DNA from: an uncultured Actinomycetes bacterium
GTDB lineage: Bacteria > Actinomycetota > Thermoleophilia > UBA2241
Assembly: GCA_963725665.1 (NCBI GenBank)
Contig: CAVRZA010000008.1
Location: 32,001 to 96,000, forward strand
Direction: 5' to 3'
DNA length: 64,000 bases
Shown: one piece after another, positions 1-11,076 of the stretch
Layout of the letters: each line of letters begins with the position of its first letter
How positions within the stretch are numbered: position 1 is the stretch's first letter
Position numbers and translations under genes: made by a program
Notes under the pieces: model-generated
The model's input: only the letters and a program-made list of their open reading frames with translations
The model's database searches: none
What the model was told of the DNA's origin: nothing

Positions 1-1380
1 GCCATCGCCCTGCGCGACCTCTTCGAGGGCTACAAGATGCGCGCCCAGCAGAACACGCGCTACATCGAGTCCTGCGGCCGCGAGGCGACCGTCACGCACG
101 TGCTCGACCTGCTGATCTCGCGCCTGACCTCGGCCGACATCCAGTCGACGATCACGCCCGATGAAGGGCGCAACGTGCCCTGGCACTACAACAACGTGCA
201 CGCTGTCAACACGGCCCGCCAGGCGCTCGTCGGCATGGACGGTCTGCGCGACATCGTCACGGTCGACCCCGAGAACGCGGAGCTCAAGGCGCAGGTACGT
301 GAGCTCAAGGAACGGGCGGTGCTCTTCCTCGAGCACATGATCGCGGACGGCGGCTACTTCGCCTCCGTCGAGCAGGCCTACTTCGTCGACTCCGGGCTGT
401 ACCCGGAGACCAACGACGACGGCATCGCGCGCAAGGCCGACGGCGGTGTGGCGGCGGGATCGATCGTCGAGCGCGCCGACGACTACCTGGCGCCGGTCTG
501 CCACCACTTCGGCGCGAACCACCTGCCCCAGGGTCTTGTGAAGCCCTGCGACCTGATCGGCGGCTGCACGCTCTGCGACGGTGAGAAGGTCCCCTTCATC
601 GACGAGCTCGACCCCGAGGACAACGTCAACGTGCGCCTCGAGCGCACGCGGGCGCTGCGCGAGAAGGGCCTTATCAAGCCCGAGGTGGAGTGGGCGGCCG
701 ACGGCTGGGTGGTCGTCACCCTCATGCTCCCGGCAGCCGAACGCGTGGCCGAGTTCGCCGCCCTCGAGTTCGGCAAGGCGATGAACCTGCAGGACTGCGA
801 GGTCATCCACAAGCAGGTCCTGCACCCTGCCGAGGGCACGCTGATCGAGCTCAAAGGGCGGCTCGACGTGACCGTCGATCCGGCGACCCTCGTCATCCCC
901 GAGAAGCCGGAGGTGCTCTCGCCCGAGGAGGTGCGCGCCTGGGTGGCCGAGCATGGCCTTAAGGTGATCGGCGCCACAGTAGGCTCCGACGAGCACTCAG
1001 TCGGCATGCAGGAGATCCTCGACATCAAGCACGGCGGGCTCGAGGCGTTCGGCGTCGAGTGCTACTACCTGGGCACCTCGGTGCCGGTCGAGAAGGCCAT
1101 CGACGCCGCGATCGAGCACGCCGCCGCCGCCATACTGATCTCGACCATCATCACTCACGGCGACGTGCACCGCCTGAACATGCAGAAGCTCAACGATCTC
1201 TGCGTGGAGAAGGGCGTGCGTGACCGCTTCGTGCTGGTCGGCGGCGGCACGCAGGTGGCCAACGAGGAAGCCGTCGAGTGCGGTATGGATGCCGGCTTCG
1301 GCCGCGGCACCAAGGGCATCGACGTGGGATCGTTCATCGTCAAGGAGCTGCGCCGGCGCGAGGCGGGAGGCGAAGCCTGA
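1..1380 (+). CDS. oraE: D-ornithine 4,5-aminomutase large subunit (PLP/AdoB12), 5'-truncated by window edge
   Basis: TITPDEGRNVPWH motif; C-terminal B12-binding domain with DEHSVG (DxHxxG) and DIKHGG (PLP lysine); GFGRGTKG. Confidence 0.92.
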   Translation, partial: AIALRDLFEGYKMRAQQNTRYIESCGREATVTHVLDLLISRLTSADIQSTITPDEGRNVPWHYNNVHAVNTARQALVGMDGLRDIVTVDPENAELKAQVRELKERAVLFLEHMIADGGYFASVEQAYFVDSGLYPETNDDGIARKADGGVAAGSIVERADDYLAPVCHHFGANHLPQGLVKPCDLIGGCTLCDGEKVPFIDELDPEDNVNVRLERTRALREKGLIKPEVEWAADGWVVVTLMLPAAERVAEFAALEFGKAMNLQDCEVIHKQVLHPAEGTLIELKGRLDVTVDPATLVIPEKPEVLSPEEVRAWVAEHGLKVIGATVGSDEHSVGMQEILDIKHGGLEAFGVECYYLGTSVPVEKAIDAAIEHAAAAILISTIITHGDVHRLNMQKLNDLCVEKGVRDRFVLVGGGTQVANEEAVECGMDAGFGRGTKGIDVGSFIVKELRRREAGGEA

Positions 1381-1448
1381 GCGCCTCGCGCGCACACGGC
1401 GGCGCGCCTCGCAGGCCCGGCGGTGACGAGCCGCCGGGCCGCACGCCG

Positions 1449-2822
1449 GTGATCGACTCGTCGGGGCGGACGTGTGATGCCGCGCGCCCCGTCGACGCCC
1501 TCGTGGCCGAGATCGGCTCGACGACGACCGTCGTCTCGGCCTTCGACGGCCTACAGGGGGACGCGCCGGCGGCGCCGGCGCTCCTTGGCCAGGGCGTCGC
1601 CGCGACGACGGTCGGCGACGGCGACGTCACGCTCGGTGTGAATCAGGCGCGCGCGGCGCTCGAGGCCCGTTCCGGGCCGCTGGCGCCGCGCGCCATCCTC
1701 GCTACGAGCTCCGCCGCCGGCGGCCTGCGCATGACGGTGCACGGTCTCACGCAGCGCATGACGGCCATGGCTGCGCGCGAGGCGGCCCTCGGCGCCGGCG
1801 CGGTCGTGAAGTACCAAACGGCCGGCAGGCTGCGCGAGGGCGACATCGAGCGCATCGCGCAGGAGCGTCCGAACCTCATCCTGCTCGCCGGTGGGGTCGA
1901 GGGCGGCGACGTCGAGACCGTACTCGCCAACGCGCGCCTGCTGGCGCGGCTGCCCACGCGGCCCAACGTCGTCTTCGGTGGCAACTCCGAGGTGCGCGAC
2001 GAGGTGCGCGCGCTGCTCGAGGAGGCCGGCTTCAAGGTGAGGACGACGCCGAACGTGTATCCGGCCGTCGACGAGCTCGACATCGTGCCGGCGCGGGCGG
2101 TCATCCACGACGCCTTCGAGGAGCACATCACGCACGCCCCGGGCATGGAGCGCATCGTCGACCTCGTCACGGGACCTATCCTGCCCACGCCCGGCGCGGT
2201 GCTGCTGGCGGTGGAGCGTCTCGCCGAGGAGCTCGGCGACCTGGTCGTCATCGACGTCGGCGGGGCGACCACCGACGTGCACTCCGTCACCGACGGCAGC
2301 CCCGATCTCGCCGCCCTGCAGACGGAGCCACAGCCGCACAGCAAGCGCACCGTCGAGGGCGACCTGGGCACGTTCGTGAGCGCGCGCCACGTCGTCGACC
2401 TGCTGCCGGCGGCCGAACGGCCGGCGGCTCTGCCGCCGGCGCTGCCGACGACGGCCGATGAGATCGACGCAGCGCGCACCCTCGCTCGCGCCGCGGCCGT
2501 CACGGCCGTGCAGCGGCACGCCGGCGCTCTCGTGCACCTCTACACGCCTACCGGACGCAAGACGGTGGCGCGCGGCCGTGACCTCACGGCTTGCCGTTGG
2601 GTGATCGGCACCGGCGGCGCCCTGACGAGATTGCCGGGCGGGGAGGAGGTGCTCGCGTCGACGCGCGCGTCGACGGGCGGCCCCTCGGAGAGGCTCCTGC
2701 CGCCCGCCGACGCGCGCGTCGCCCTCGACGGCGACTACATCTTCGCCTGCTGCGGCGCGCTGCTGGCGCGCTTCAGCGCCGACCGGGTGGTCGCGCTCAT
2801 GCGGCACAGCCTCGGCTGCTGA
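1449..2822 (+). CDS. GlmL/MutL-like reactivating factor for ornithine aminomutase (ASKHA ATPase)
   Basis: VAEIGSTTT, ATSSAAGGLRM, DVGGATTDVHSV, KRTVEGDLG motifs; directly after oraE; GTG start at 1449 inferred. Confidence 0.85.
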   Translation: MIDSSGRTCDAARPVDALVAEIGSTTTVVSAFDGLQGDAPAAPALLGQGVAATTVGDGDVTLGVNQARAALEARSGPLAPRAILATSSAAGGLRMTVHGLTQRMTAMAAREAALGAGAVVKYQTAGRLREGDIERIAQERPNLILLAGGVEGGDVETVLANARLLARLPTRPNVVFGGNSEVRDEVRALLEEAGFKVRTTPNVYPAVDELDIVPARAVIHDAFEEHITHAPGMERIVDLVTGPILPTPGAVLLAVERLAEELGDLVVIDVGGATTDVHSVTDGSPDLAALQTEPQPHSKRTVEGDLGTFVSARHVVDLLPAAERPAALPPALPTTADEIDAARTLARAAAVTAVQRHAGALVHLYTPTGRKTVARGRDLTACRWVIGTGGALTRLPGGEEVLASTRASTGGPSERLLPPADARVALDGDYIFACCGALLARFSADRVVALMRHSLGC

Positions 2823-3015
2823 AGGAGCCTGGGCCAGACCCCGTGTAGCCTCTCCCGCGTCGGTGGGGAATGCAGGAGGCAGGCGATAGGCCCTGGGGCG
2901 CACGGTAGCAGGCTTCGGTCCCGTTGTACGGGCCCAGACGACGCGGCAGGGCACCACGAGCCCTCCGCGACCGCGCCTCCCAGCCGCTTCGCAAGACGAC
3001 GGGAGGAAGGGCGAG

Positions 3016-3918
3016 ATGGACGAGATGGAGCGCTCCGCTGAGGGCAAGACGATACTCATCACCGGTGCGACGTCGGGTATCGGCAGAGCCACCGCCCTCG
3101 CCCTCGCGGCTCGCCGGCCGCACTTGGTCATCCTGGCTAGAGACCCGAAACGCGGCGAGGAGGTGGCGGCCGCGGCTCGTCGGGCGGGGGCCGCAGACGC
3201 CGAATTGCTCCGCTGCGATGTGAGCCTGATGGAGTCGGTGCGCGCGGCTGCGGCGGAGTTCGCCCGCCGCCACGCCGTCCTTGACGTACTCATCAACAAC
3301 GCCGCAGTCTTCACCGCCCATCGCGAGGTGACCGCGGAGGGGCACGAGCGCATGCTCGCCACGAACTACCTCGGCCCGTTTCTGCTGACCAACCTCCTGG
3401 CCGATCGCCTCGCCGCCGCCGCTCCCTCACGCGTTATCATGGTGACCGCCCCGGCGACGACCGCACCCCACGTGGACGACCTCGAGAGCGCGGGCCGCTT
3501 CCGGCCGACGCTGGCCTTCGGTCGCTCGAAGGCCGCCGAGCTCCTCTTCAGCTACGCGCTGGCACGACGTCTCGGGCCTCGCAGCGTGGCCGTTTGCGCG
3601 TACCATCCCGGGGTCACACAGACCACCCTGCTGAAGAACGGGCCGCTTGCGATGAGAGCACTGGGGGCGGTCATGAACCTCAGGGCCCAGACAGCCGAGC
3701 AGGCCTCCCGGGGTCTCGTCGAGCTTTCCCTTTCGCTGGGGATCGAGCGGCTCGCCGGTGGGCTCGTGCATGACGGTAAGGCGATCAAGGCGCCCTTCGC
3801 CGATGATGGCGAGCTGCAGGAACGACTCTGGGCGGCGAGCGAGCGACTCGTGGGGATGATCGAGCCGGACGCGACGAAGGACGCGCGTGCGGATGACCAC
3901 AGGCGACTCTCTAGATAA
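3016..3918 (+). CDS. Short-chain dehydrogenase/reductase (retinol-DH-like)
   Basis: ITGATSGIG, LINNAA, ATNYLGPFLLT; catalytic YxxxK appears as FGRSK. Confidence 0.85.
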   Translation: MDEMERSAEGKTILITGATSGIGRATALALAARRPHLVILARDPKRGEEVAAAARRAGAADAELLRCDVSLMESVRAAAAEFARRHAVLDVLINNAAVFTAHREVTAEGHERMLATNYLGPFLLTNLLADRLAAAAPSRVIMVTAPATTAPHVDDLESAGRFRPTLAFGRSKAAELLFSYALARRLGPRSVAVCAYHPGVTQTTLLKNGPLAMRALGAVMNLRAQTAEQASRGLVELSLSLGIERLAGGLVHDGKAIKAPFADDGELQERLWAASERLVGMIEPDATKDARADDHRRLSR

Positions 3919-3946
3919 GCAGACCGGCAGGAGCGAGCAGACCCAG

Positions 3947-4022
3947 CATCCCGCGCTCGCTCCTTTCACGCCCCAGGGCGCGACTGGTTCGGGCGGGCGT
4001 TCGTGGAGCCTACGCCCGCGCA
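3947..4022 (+). repeat. Diverged direct repeat of the lhr 5' coding region (partner at 4500-4576)
   Basis: 76 vs 77 bp, 8 mismatches plus 1 indel by manual alignment. Confidence 0.85.
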
Positions 4023-4056
4023 TGGCTCTGAGAGCTAGGGCGTGGGAGTCAACTGC

Positions 4057-4251
4057 TTAGGATGCTGCTGCGCCGGATCCCTTGGAATCGCCCAACTGTT
4101 CGACCGCGAGCGTCAGCTTCTCGATCCTGTCGGCGATAAGCGCCAAGAACAGGCGAGTGGCTTGGGCGTCGGTGGTGCGGCCGCTCAGGATAGAGCTCTC
4201 GATAGCATCCACGAGGTCTTGCGTCGCCGCGTTCATGCCGGCAACCTGCAT
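4057..4251 (-). CDS. Small hypothetical protein (64 aa)
   Basis: ORF with helical composition in a lower-GC patch; no recognisable motif. Confidence 0.4.
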   Translation of the reverse strand: MQVAGMNAATQDLVDAIESSILSGRTTDAQATRLFLALIADRIEKLTLAVEQLGDSKGSGAAAS

Positions 4252-4481
4252 TCTTCACTCCTCTCGAGCGTGACAGAAGTAGAGGAAGACTAACGAACGG
4301 AGCTGGGGCCCGCTAGCCGAGCGTGCCTGCCTGAGGGTGGAGTCCTGGCGCGACGGCGGACGCGACGGCGGGGTCTTGCTCGTCGGTGCCGCACACGCAC
4401 TCCTCTCCCGTGGTCGCGCGCTGCGGGAAGACGTCGCATCATCCAGGCATCAAGGGTGCGGCGAGGGGTATCCTGACTCTC

Positions 4482-7400
4482 GTGGTCGCGACGACGCCTC
4501 ATCCCGCACTCGCTCCCTTCACGCCACAGGTGCGTGACTGGTTCGCGCGAGCGTTCGCGGAGCCGACGCCCGCGCAGATCCAGGCGTGGCCGGCCATCGC
4601 CACGGGCGAGCACGCGCTCATCGCCGCCCCGACCGGGTCGGGCAAGACCCTCGCCGCCTTCCTCTGGGCGCTCGATCGGCTCGTGGCCGATCCCTCGCCG
4701 GCTGACCGGCGCAAGCGCGTCACTCGTCTCGTCTACGTCTCCCCGCTCAAGGCGCTGGGCTACGACGTGGAGAAGAACCTTCGTGCGCCGCTGCGCGGCA
4801 TCGGCGCCGACGTGAGGGTCGCTATCCGCACCGGCGACACCCCGCAGGTCGAGCGCCGCGAGATGCTGCGCGAGCCGCCTGACGTGCTCATCACGACGCC
4901 CGAGTCGCTCTATCTCATGCTCACCTCGCAGGCGCGGCGACTCTTCTCCGGCACGGAGTGGGTGATCGTCGACGAGATCCACGCCGTCGCGCAGACCAAG
5001 CGCGGCGCGCATCTCGCCGTGACGCTCGAGCGACTCGTCGAGGAGGCCGGTCGCGACGTGCAGCGCATCGGCCTCTCGGCGACGCAGAAGCCGCTCGAGG
5101 AGGTGGCCCGCTTCCTGGTCGGACCGCAGCGCTCATGCAGGGTCGTCGACGCCGGCCTGCGCAAGGAGCTCGACCTGCGCATCCACGTGCCGGTGGAGTC
5201 GATGGTCGAGCCCGACGAGGTCGATCTCGGGCTCGACCAGTCGACAGGCAAGGAGGCGACGCGGCGCTCGATCTGGCCGGCGATCTATCCGGAGCTCTTG
5301 CGGCTCGTGCGTGAGCATCGTTCCACGCTCGTCTTCGTCAACAACCGTCGCGCCGCGGAACGCATCGCGCTGCGGCTGAACGAGCTGGCCGAGCGGGAAG
5401 AGGAGGGCGACGCAGGGAAGAGAGCGTCGGGTCCGATCGCGCGCGCCCATCACGGCTCCCTCGCACGGGAGGAGCGGCTGCAGATCGAGGACCAGCTCAA
5501 GGCCGGCGTGCTGCCCTGTCTCGTGGCGACCTCGTCGCTCGAGTTGGGCATCGACATGGGCGCCGTCGACCTGGTGATCCAGGTCGAGTCGCCCAAGTCA
5601 GTGACGCGCGGGCTGCAGCGCATCGGGCGGGCCGGGCACGGTGTCGGCGATGTGTCCAAGGGGAGGATCTTCCCCAAGTTCCGCGCCGACCTGCTCGAGT
5701 GCGCCGTGGTCGCCAAACGCATGCGCGAGGGTGAGATCGAGACGACCGTCGTCCCGCGCAACCCCCTCGACGTGCTGGCGCAACAGATCGTGGCCATCGC
5801 CGCGACGGCGGGCGACGAGGGCGTGCCGGTCGACGACCTGCACGCCCTCGTCGCCCGCACCTACACCTACGCCGAGCTCGAGCGGCGCCAGCTTGAGAAC
5901 GTGCTCGACATGCTCGACGGTCGCTACCCCTCGGACGAGTTCGGCGAGCTGCGGGCGCGGATCGTGTGGGACAGGCTCTCGGGCACGATCCGCGCCCGCA
6001 AGGGCGCCCTCGGCCTCGCGGTCGCCAACGCGGGCACGATCCCCGACCGCGGACTCTTCTCGGTGAACCTGCCCGACGGGCGTCGTGTCGGCGAGCTCGA
6101 CGAGGAGATGGTCTACGAGGCGCGGGCGGGTCAGACGTTCCTGCTCGGCGCCTCGTCGTGGCGCATCGAGGAGATCACCCGCGACCGCGTCATCGTTTCT
6201 CCTGCTCCGGGCGTGCCGGCCGCCGTGCCCTTCTGGCACGGCGACGGGATCGGGCGCCCGCGCGAGCTGGGCGAGGCGATCGGTGCCTTCGCGCGCTGGG
6301 CCGTCGCCCGCCAGCCCGAGGAGCTCGAGCGCGACTACGACCTCGATTCGCGGGCGGCGCGCAATCTGGTCGAGTTCCTGCGCGAGCAGGAGCAGGCGAC
6401 CCGCGTCGTGCCCAGCGACCACACGGTCGTCGTGGAGCGCTTCCGCGACGAGATCGGCGACTGGCGCCTGTGCGTGCTCTCGCCCTACGGCGGGCGCGTG
6501 CACAGCGCCTGGGCGCTGGCCCTAAGCGGCCGTCTGCGCGAGCGCTTCGGGCTCGAGGCAGGCGCCATCTGGTCCGACGACGGCATCATCGTGCACCTGC
6601 CCGACGCGGACGAACCGCCGGGCACCGACCTGGTGCTCATCGACCCCGACCAGGTCGAGGATCTGGTCGTCGCCGAGCTCGGCGGCAGCGCCCTGTTCGG
6701 GGCCCGCTTCCGCGAGAACGCCGCCCGGGCGCTGCTCATCCCGCGCGCCTACCCGGGCAGGCGCACCCCGCTCTGGCAGCAGCGCCTGAAGTCGCAGTCG
6801 TTGCTCGAGGTAGCGCGCCGCTACGGGCAGTTCCCGATCGTGCTCGAGACCTACCGCGAGTGCCTGCGCGACGTGCTCGACGTACCCGGGCTGGTCGAGA
6901 TCCTGCGCCGGATCCACCGCCGCGAGCTGTCCCTCGTCGAAGTAGAGACCGCCACCGCGTCGCCGTTCGCCTCCTCGCTCCTCTTCGACTACGTGGCGAC
7001 CTACATGTACGAGGGTGAGACGCCGAAGGCCGAGCGGCGGGCGGCGGCGCTCGCCCTCGATCGTGAGCTGCTGCGCGAGCTGCTCGGCCAGGAGGAGCTG
7101 CGCGAGCTCATCGACGCCGGCGCGCTGGAGGAGGTCGAGGACAACCTGCAGCGGCGATCTGAACGCACGCGGGCGGCGTCGCCCGACGAGCTGCACGATG
7201 TGCTGCGGCGGCTCGGCGACCTGACCCTCGAGGAGGTGCGCGGGCGCGTTGTCGCGCTGGAGGAGGCCGAGGCGTGGCTCGACGGGCTCGCCCGCGAGCG
7301 GCGCGCTGTGCGCGTCCGGCTCGCGGGCGAGCTCCGCTGGATCGCGACCGAGGACGCCGGCCTGATGCGTGACGCGCTCGGTGCCGTGCCCCCGTCGGGC

Positions 7401-8964
7401 CTGCCCGAGGCGTTCCTCACCGACGTGCCCGACGCCCTCGCGCGTCTCGCGCGTCGCTACGCTCGTACGCATGGGCCCTTCGAGTCGGCCGAGCTGCGTG
7501 CGCGGTACGGCATCGAGCTCACCCCCGTGCTCGAGAGCCTCGAGCGCGAGGGGGAGCTCGTTCGCGGCGAGCTGCGGCCCGGCGGCAGCCGGCGCGAGTG
7601 GTGCGACCCCGAGGTGCTCCGTCGACTGCGCCGGGCCTCGCTCGCTGTGTTGCGGCGCGAGATCGAGCCCGCGGAGCGGCGCGTGCTCGCACGGTTCGCG
7701 CCCGAGTGGCAGGGGATCGATCGGCGTTCGTCGGCAGGCGCCGGTGTCGACCGGCTGCGCGAGGTACTCGTGCCGCTGCAGGGAGTGCCGCTCTCGCCGG
7801 AGGTGTGGGAGCGCGACGTGCTGCCGCGGCGCGTCGGCGCCTACTCGCCCGCCTGGCTCGACCAGTTGTGTGCGAGTGGGGAGGTCGTCTGGGTCGGCGC
7901 CGGGCCGGTCGGCAGACGCGGCGGCAAGGTCGCGCTCTACTTCCGTGAGGACGTCGCCTTGCTCGGGCCCCCGCCGATGCCCGAGACGGCAGCGGTGACT
8001 GGCGAGGTGCACGACCGTATCCGCGAACGCCTGCGGCGCGCCCCCTGCTTCTTCACCGACTTCCTGGTCGAGCTCAGCGGTGTCACGACGCAGGAGCTCC
8101 AGGACGCGCTCTGGGATCTGGTCTGGTCGGGGGAGGTGACCAACGACGCCTTCGCGCCGCTGCGCTCGGCGAAGCTGGCGCCGCCTTCGGTGCCCGAGCG
8201 ACAGCGCTCGCTGCACGCCGCGCAACGGCGGCGGCGTTTCGGCGCGCGGCCGACCGGAGCCATGCCGCAGGTCCAGGGACGCTGGTCGCCGACCGAGGCC
8301 CTGTTCGCCGGCGCGCCGTGCGGAGCCGGCAGCGCGCCGGCGCGCCTGGGCCGAGCTCTTGCTCGAGCGTCACGGCATCGTGACGCGCGAGCTCGTGCGC
8401 GCCGAGGGCATTGCCGGCGGCTTCGCCGCCCTCTACGATGCCCTCACCTCGCTGGAGACGCTCGGCGTCGCGCGCCGGGGCTACTTCGTCGAGGGCCTGG
8501 GCGGCGCGCAGTTCGCGCTGCCCGCGGCCGTCGAGCGGCTGCGCGGGCAGCGCGACGACGAGCGCGTCGCCCTCGTCCTGGCCGCCGCCGACCCCGCGCA
8601 GGTCTACGGCGCCGCGCTGCGCTGGCCGCAGCTCTCTGACAGAAGCCCTGGGCGCCACGGCGGCGCCTACGTCGTGCAGGTCGGCGGCGATCCCGTCCTC
8701 TTCGTCGATAGAGGCGGCAGGGGCCTGCAGACGCTGGTCGACGCCGACGACGGGCGCGTCGACCAGGCGCTGCAGGCACTCGTCGAGAGCGTTGCGCACG
8801 GCCGGGTGCGTCGGCTCGCCGTCGAGAGAATCGACGGCGAGCCGGCCGTCGCCTCTCCTTTCGCGAACCGCCTCATCGCCCTGGGCTTCCGCGCCGGCCC
8901 GCGCAGGCTCACGCTGGCCGCCGACCACATCGGGGCCACCGCGTCCGATCGCTCCGGGCCGTGA
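4482..8964 (+). CDS. lhr: Long Lhr-family SF2 helicase; frameshifted near 8310-8340
   Basis: APTGSGKT, DEIH, GLSAT, HHGSL, QRIGRAGH; C-terminal AELLLERHGIVTRE...RRGYFVEGLGGAQFA continues in another frame (8359-8964 ORF). Confidence 0.88.
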
Positions 8965-8993
8965 GCACCAGCCGGCCACCGCTGTGAACGGCG

Positions 8994-9779
8994 ATGCCTG
9001 AGGGCGACACCATCCACTACGCGGCGCGCCGCATCCGCGCCGTCCTCGAGGGTCACGTCCCCGACGAGATCCTCACTACGCACCCCCGCTTCGCGCGCGA
9101 CGAGTGGCCGGAGCGGCTGGCCGGGCGCCGCGTGACCGTCGTCGACGCCGTCGGCAAGCACCTGCTCGTCCGCTTCGAGGGCGGGCCTCGTGATCCATTC
9201 GCACCTGCGCATGCACGGCCGCTGGCGCATCGTTCCGGCCGACGAGCGATGGCGCCGCTCGCGCGGCACCTGGCTGGTGATCAGACGTGGCCAGACGGAG
9301 GTCGTGCAGTCGGGCGGGCCCGTCCTCGAGCTCATCGACTGTCCGCACAAGCCCGGCTCGACCCGAGGCTGACCCAGCTTGGCCCTGACATCGTCGCGCC
9401 CGAGCCCTTCGACGAGGCGCGCTTCTTGCGCCGTCTGCGCGGAGACGACCCCACGCGGCCCATCGGCGATGCGCTGCTCGACCAGCGAACGGTGGCCGGC
9501 ATCGGCAACTTCTGGAAGGTCGAAGGCTGCTTCCTCGCCGGGATCGATCCCGGGCGGCCCGTCGCGGAGGTGAGTGACGAGGAGGCCCGCGCAATCGTCG
9601 CCACGCTGCGGCCACGCATGCAGGCCTCAGCACAGGACGGCCACCAGTCGCGCTTCACGACGATCTACGGGAAGAGCGGCTCCTACTGTCCCCGGTGCGG
9701 CCCTCGAGCGCGGATCGCCGCACGCCACCAGGGTGACGACAACCGCATCACCTACTGGTGCCCGTCGTGCCAGCACTGA
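8994..9779 (+). CDS. nei: Fpg/Nei DNA glycosylase; two compensating frameshifts (~9185, ~9340)
   Basis: N-terminal MPEG, GKHL, LLDQRTVAGIGN, C-terminal CPRC...CPSCQ zinc finger; conserved HSHLRMHGRW lies in an alternative frame (9190-9372). Confidence 0.85.
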   Translation: MPEGDTIHYAARRIRAVLEGHVPDEILTTHPRFARDEWPERLAGRRVTVVDAVGKHLLVRFEGGPRDPFAPAHARPLAHRSGRRAMAPLARHLAGDQTWPDGGRAVGRARPRAHRLSAQARLDPRLTQLGPDIVAPEPFDEARFLRRLRGDDPTRPIGDALLDQRTVAGIGNFWKVEGCFLAGIDPGRPVAEVSDEEARAIVATLRPRMQASAQDGHQSRFTTIYGKSGSYCPRCGPRARIAARHQGDDNRITYWCPSCQH

Positions 9780-9955
9780 TGCGGGTCGTAAGAGCGGTTC
9801 CTTTTGCCTGCGCCGCCCCTGGGTCACAGCCCCTCGGCTTGCACATCCGGGGAGGGCTGCAATACGCTCCTGTATAGGAACTATTCACCCTGCGTGGCAC
9901 CCGCATCGTGCGACGGGCATGGTCGGAGGCCGGCCGCGGAGAGGCGCGAGGGAAC

Positions 9956-11076
9956 GTGTCGAGAGCAGCGACCATAGTCATCGACCTCGACGCCATCGAG
10001 CGCAACGCGCGCACGTTGGTGGAGCGGCTGCCCGGCATCGACATCACCGGCGTGACCAAGGTCACCTGCGGCGAGCCCGAAGTGGCGCACGCTCTCATCC
10101 GCGGCGGGGTGGCCGCCGATCGGCGATTCCCGTCTGCGCAACCTCACGACGTCTACGCCGCGGCGGCGTCACGGTGCCCGTTTGGCTCATCCGTGCGCCG
10201 CAGCCCGCCGAGGCGCTCGACACGGTGCGGCTCGCCGACGTCTCGCTCAACAGCGAGCTCGAGACCATCGCGGCCCTCGACGCCGCCTGTGCGCGTCTCG
10301 GCGAGCCGCACGAAGTCGTCCTCATGGTCGACGTCGGCGACCTGCGCGAGGGCGTGCTGCCCGACGATTTGCCTCGCCTCGTCGAGCAGGTCCTGGCGCT
10401 GCCGCACGTGCGTCTCGCCGGCATCGGCGTCAACCTGACCTGTTACGGGGCCATCGTGCCCAGTGTCGAGAACATCGGCCAGCTTGTCGCGCTCGCGCGT
10501 GAAGCCGAGGAGGCCACCGGACGCAAGCTCCTCGTCTCGGGCGGCAACTCCGGCAGCCTGCCGCTGGCGCTCTCGGGAGTCATGCCGGATGGCGTCACCA
10601 ACTTGCGCGTCGGCGAGTCCATCCTGCTGGGGTTGAACACGCTGACGCGCGAGCCGCTCATCCCCGAGCTCGCTCTCGACACCTTCACGGTGCGGGCGCC
10701 GGTGATCGAGTGTCTGGTGAAGCCATCGCTGCCCGTGGGCGAGGTCGCCCAAGACGCCTACGGCAACCGGCCCGTTTTCGTTGACCGAGGTCTGCGGCGG
10801 CGGGCCATCTGCCAGGTCGGGCGTCAGGACGTCGTCCCCGAGGGGCTCACGCCGCTCGATCCTCGCGTCGAGGTGCTGGGCGCGTCGAGCGACCATCTCG
10901 TGCTCGACGTCGAGGCGCTCGACGCGCCCCCCGCCCTGGGGAGCAAGATCTCGTTCCGTCCCAGCTACGCCTGCGTACTGCAGGCGATGACGTCGCCGTA
11001 CGTCGAGAAGGTCTTCAGCCGCATGCCTGAGTCGGTCGTGGCGCGGTCAGCCAGTGAGGAGGAAGAAGGAGAGGGC
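9956..11076 (+). CDS. orr: PLP-dependent ornithine racemase (alanine racemase fold); frameshifts ~10117 and ~10149; no stop before next gene
   Basis: IDLDAIERN...GVTKVTCG (PLP Lys), IGDSRLRNL in shifted frame, DVGDLREG, NLTCYG, SGGNS, LRVGESILLG, GASSDH. Confidence 0.8.

Noticed and set aside
2823-3015. Cobalamin riboswitch or HDV-like ribozyme after the aminomutase genes
   Set aside because: Pairing CTGGGCC/GGCCCAG exists, but no B12-box or convincing ribozyme core
1551-3362. Many long antisense or alternate-frame ORFs (this one, 6522-8225, 31827-33596, 46431-48392 and others)
   Set aside because: Shadow ORFs expected at high GC, overlapping well-supported genes
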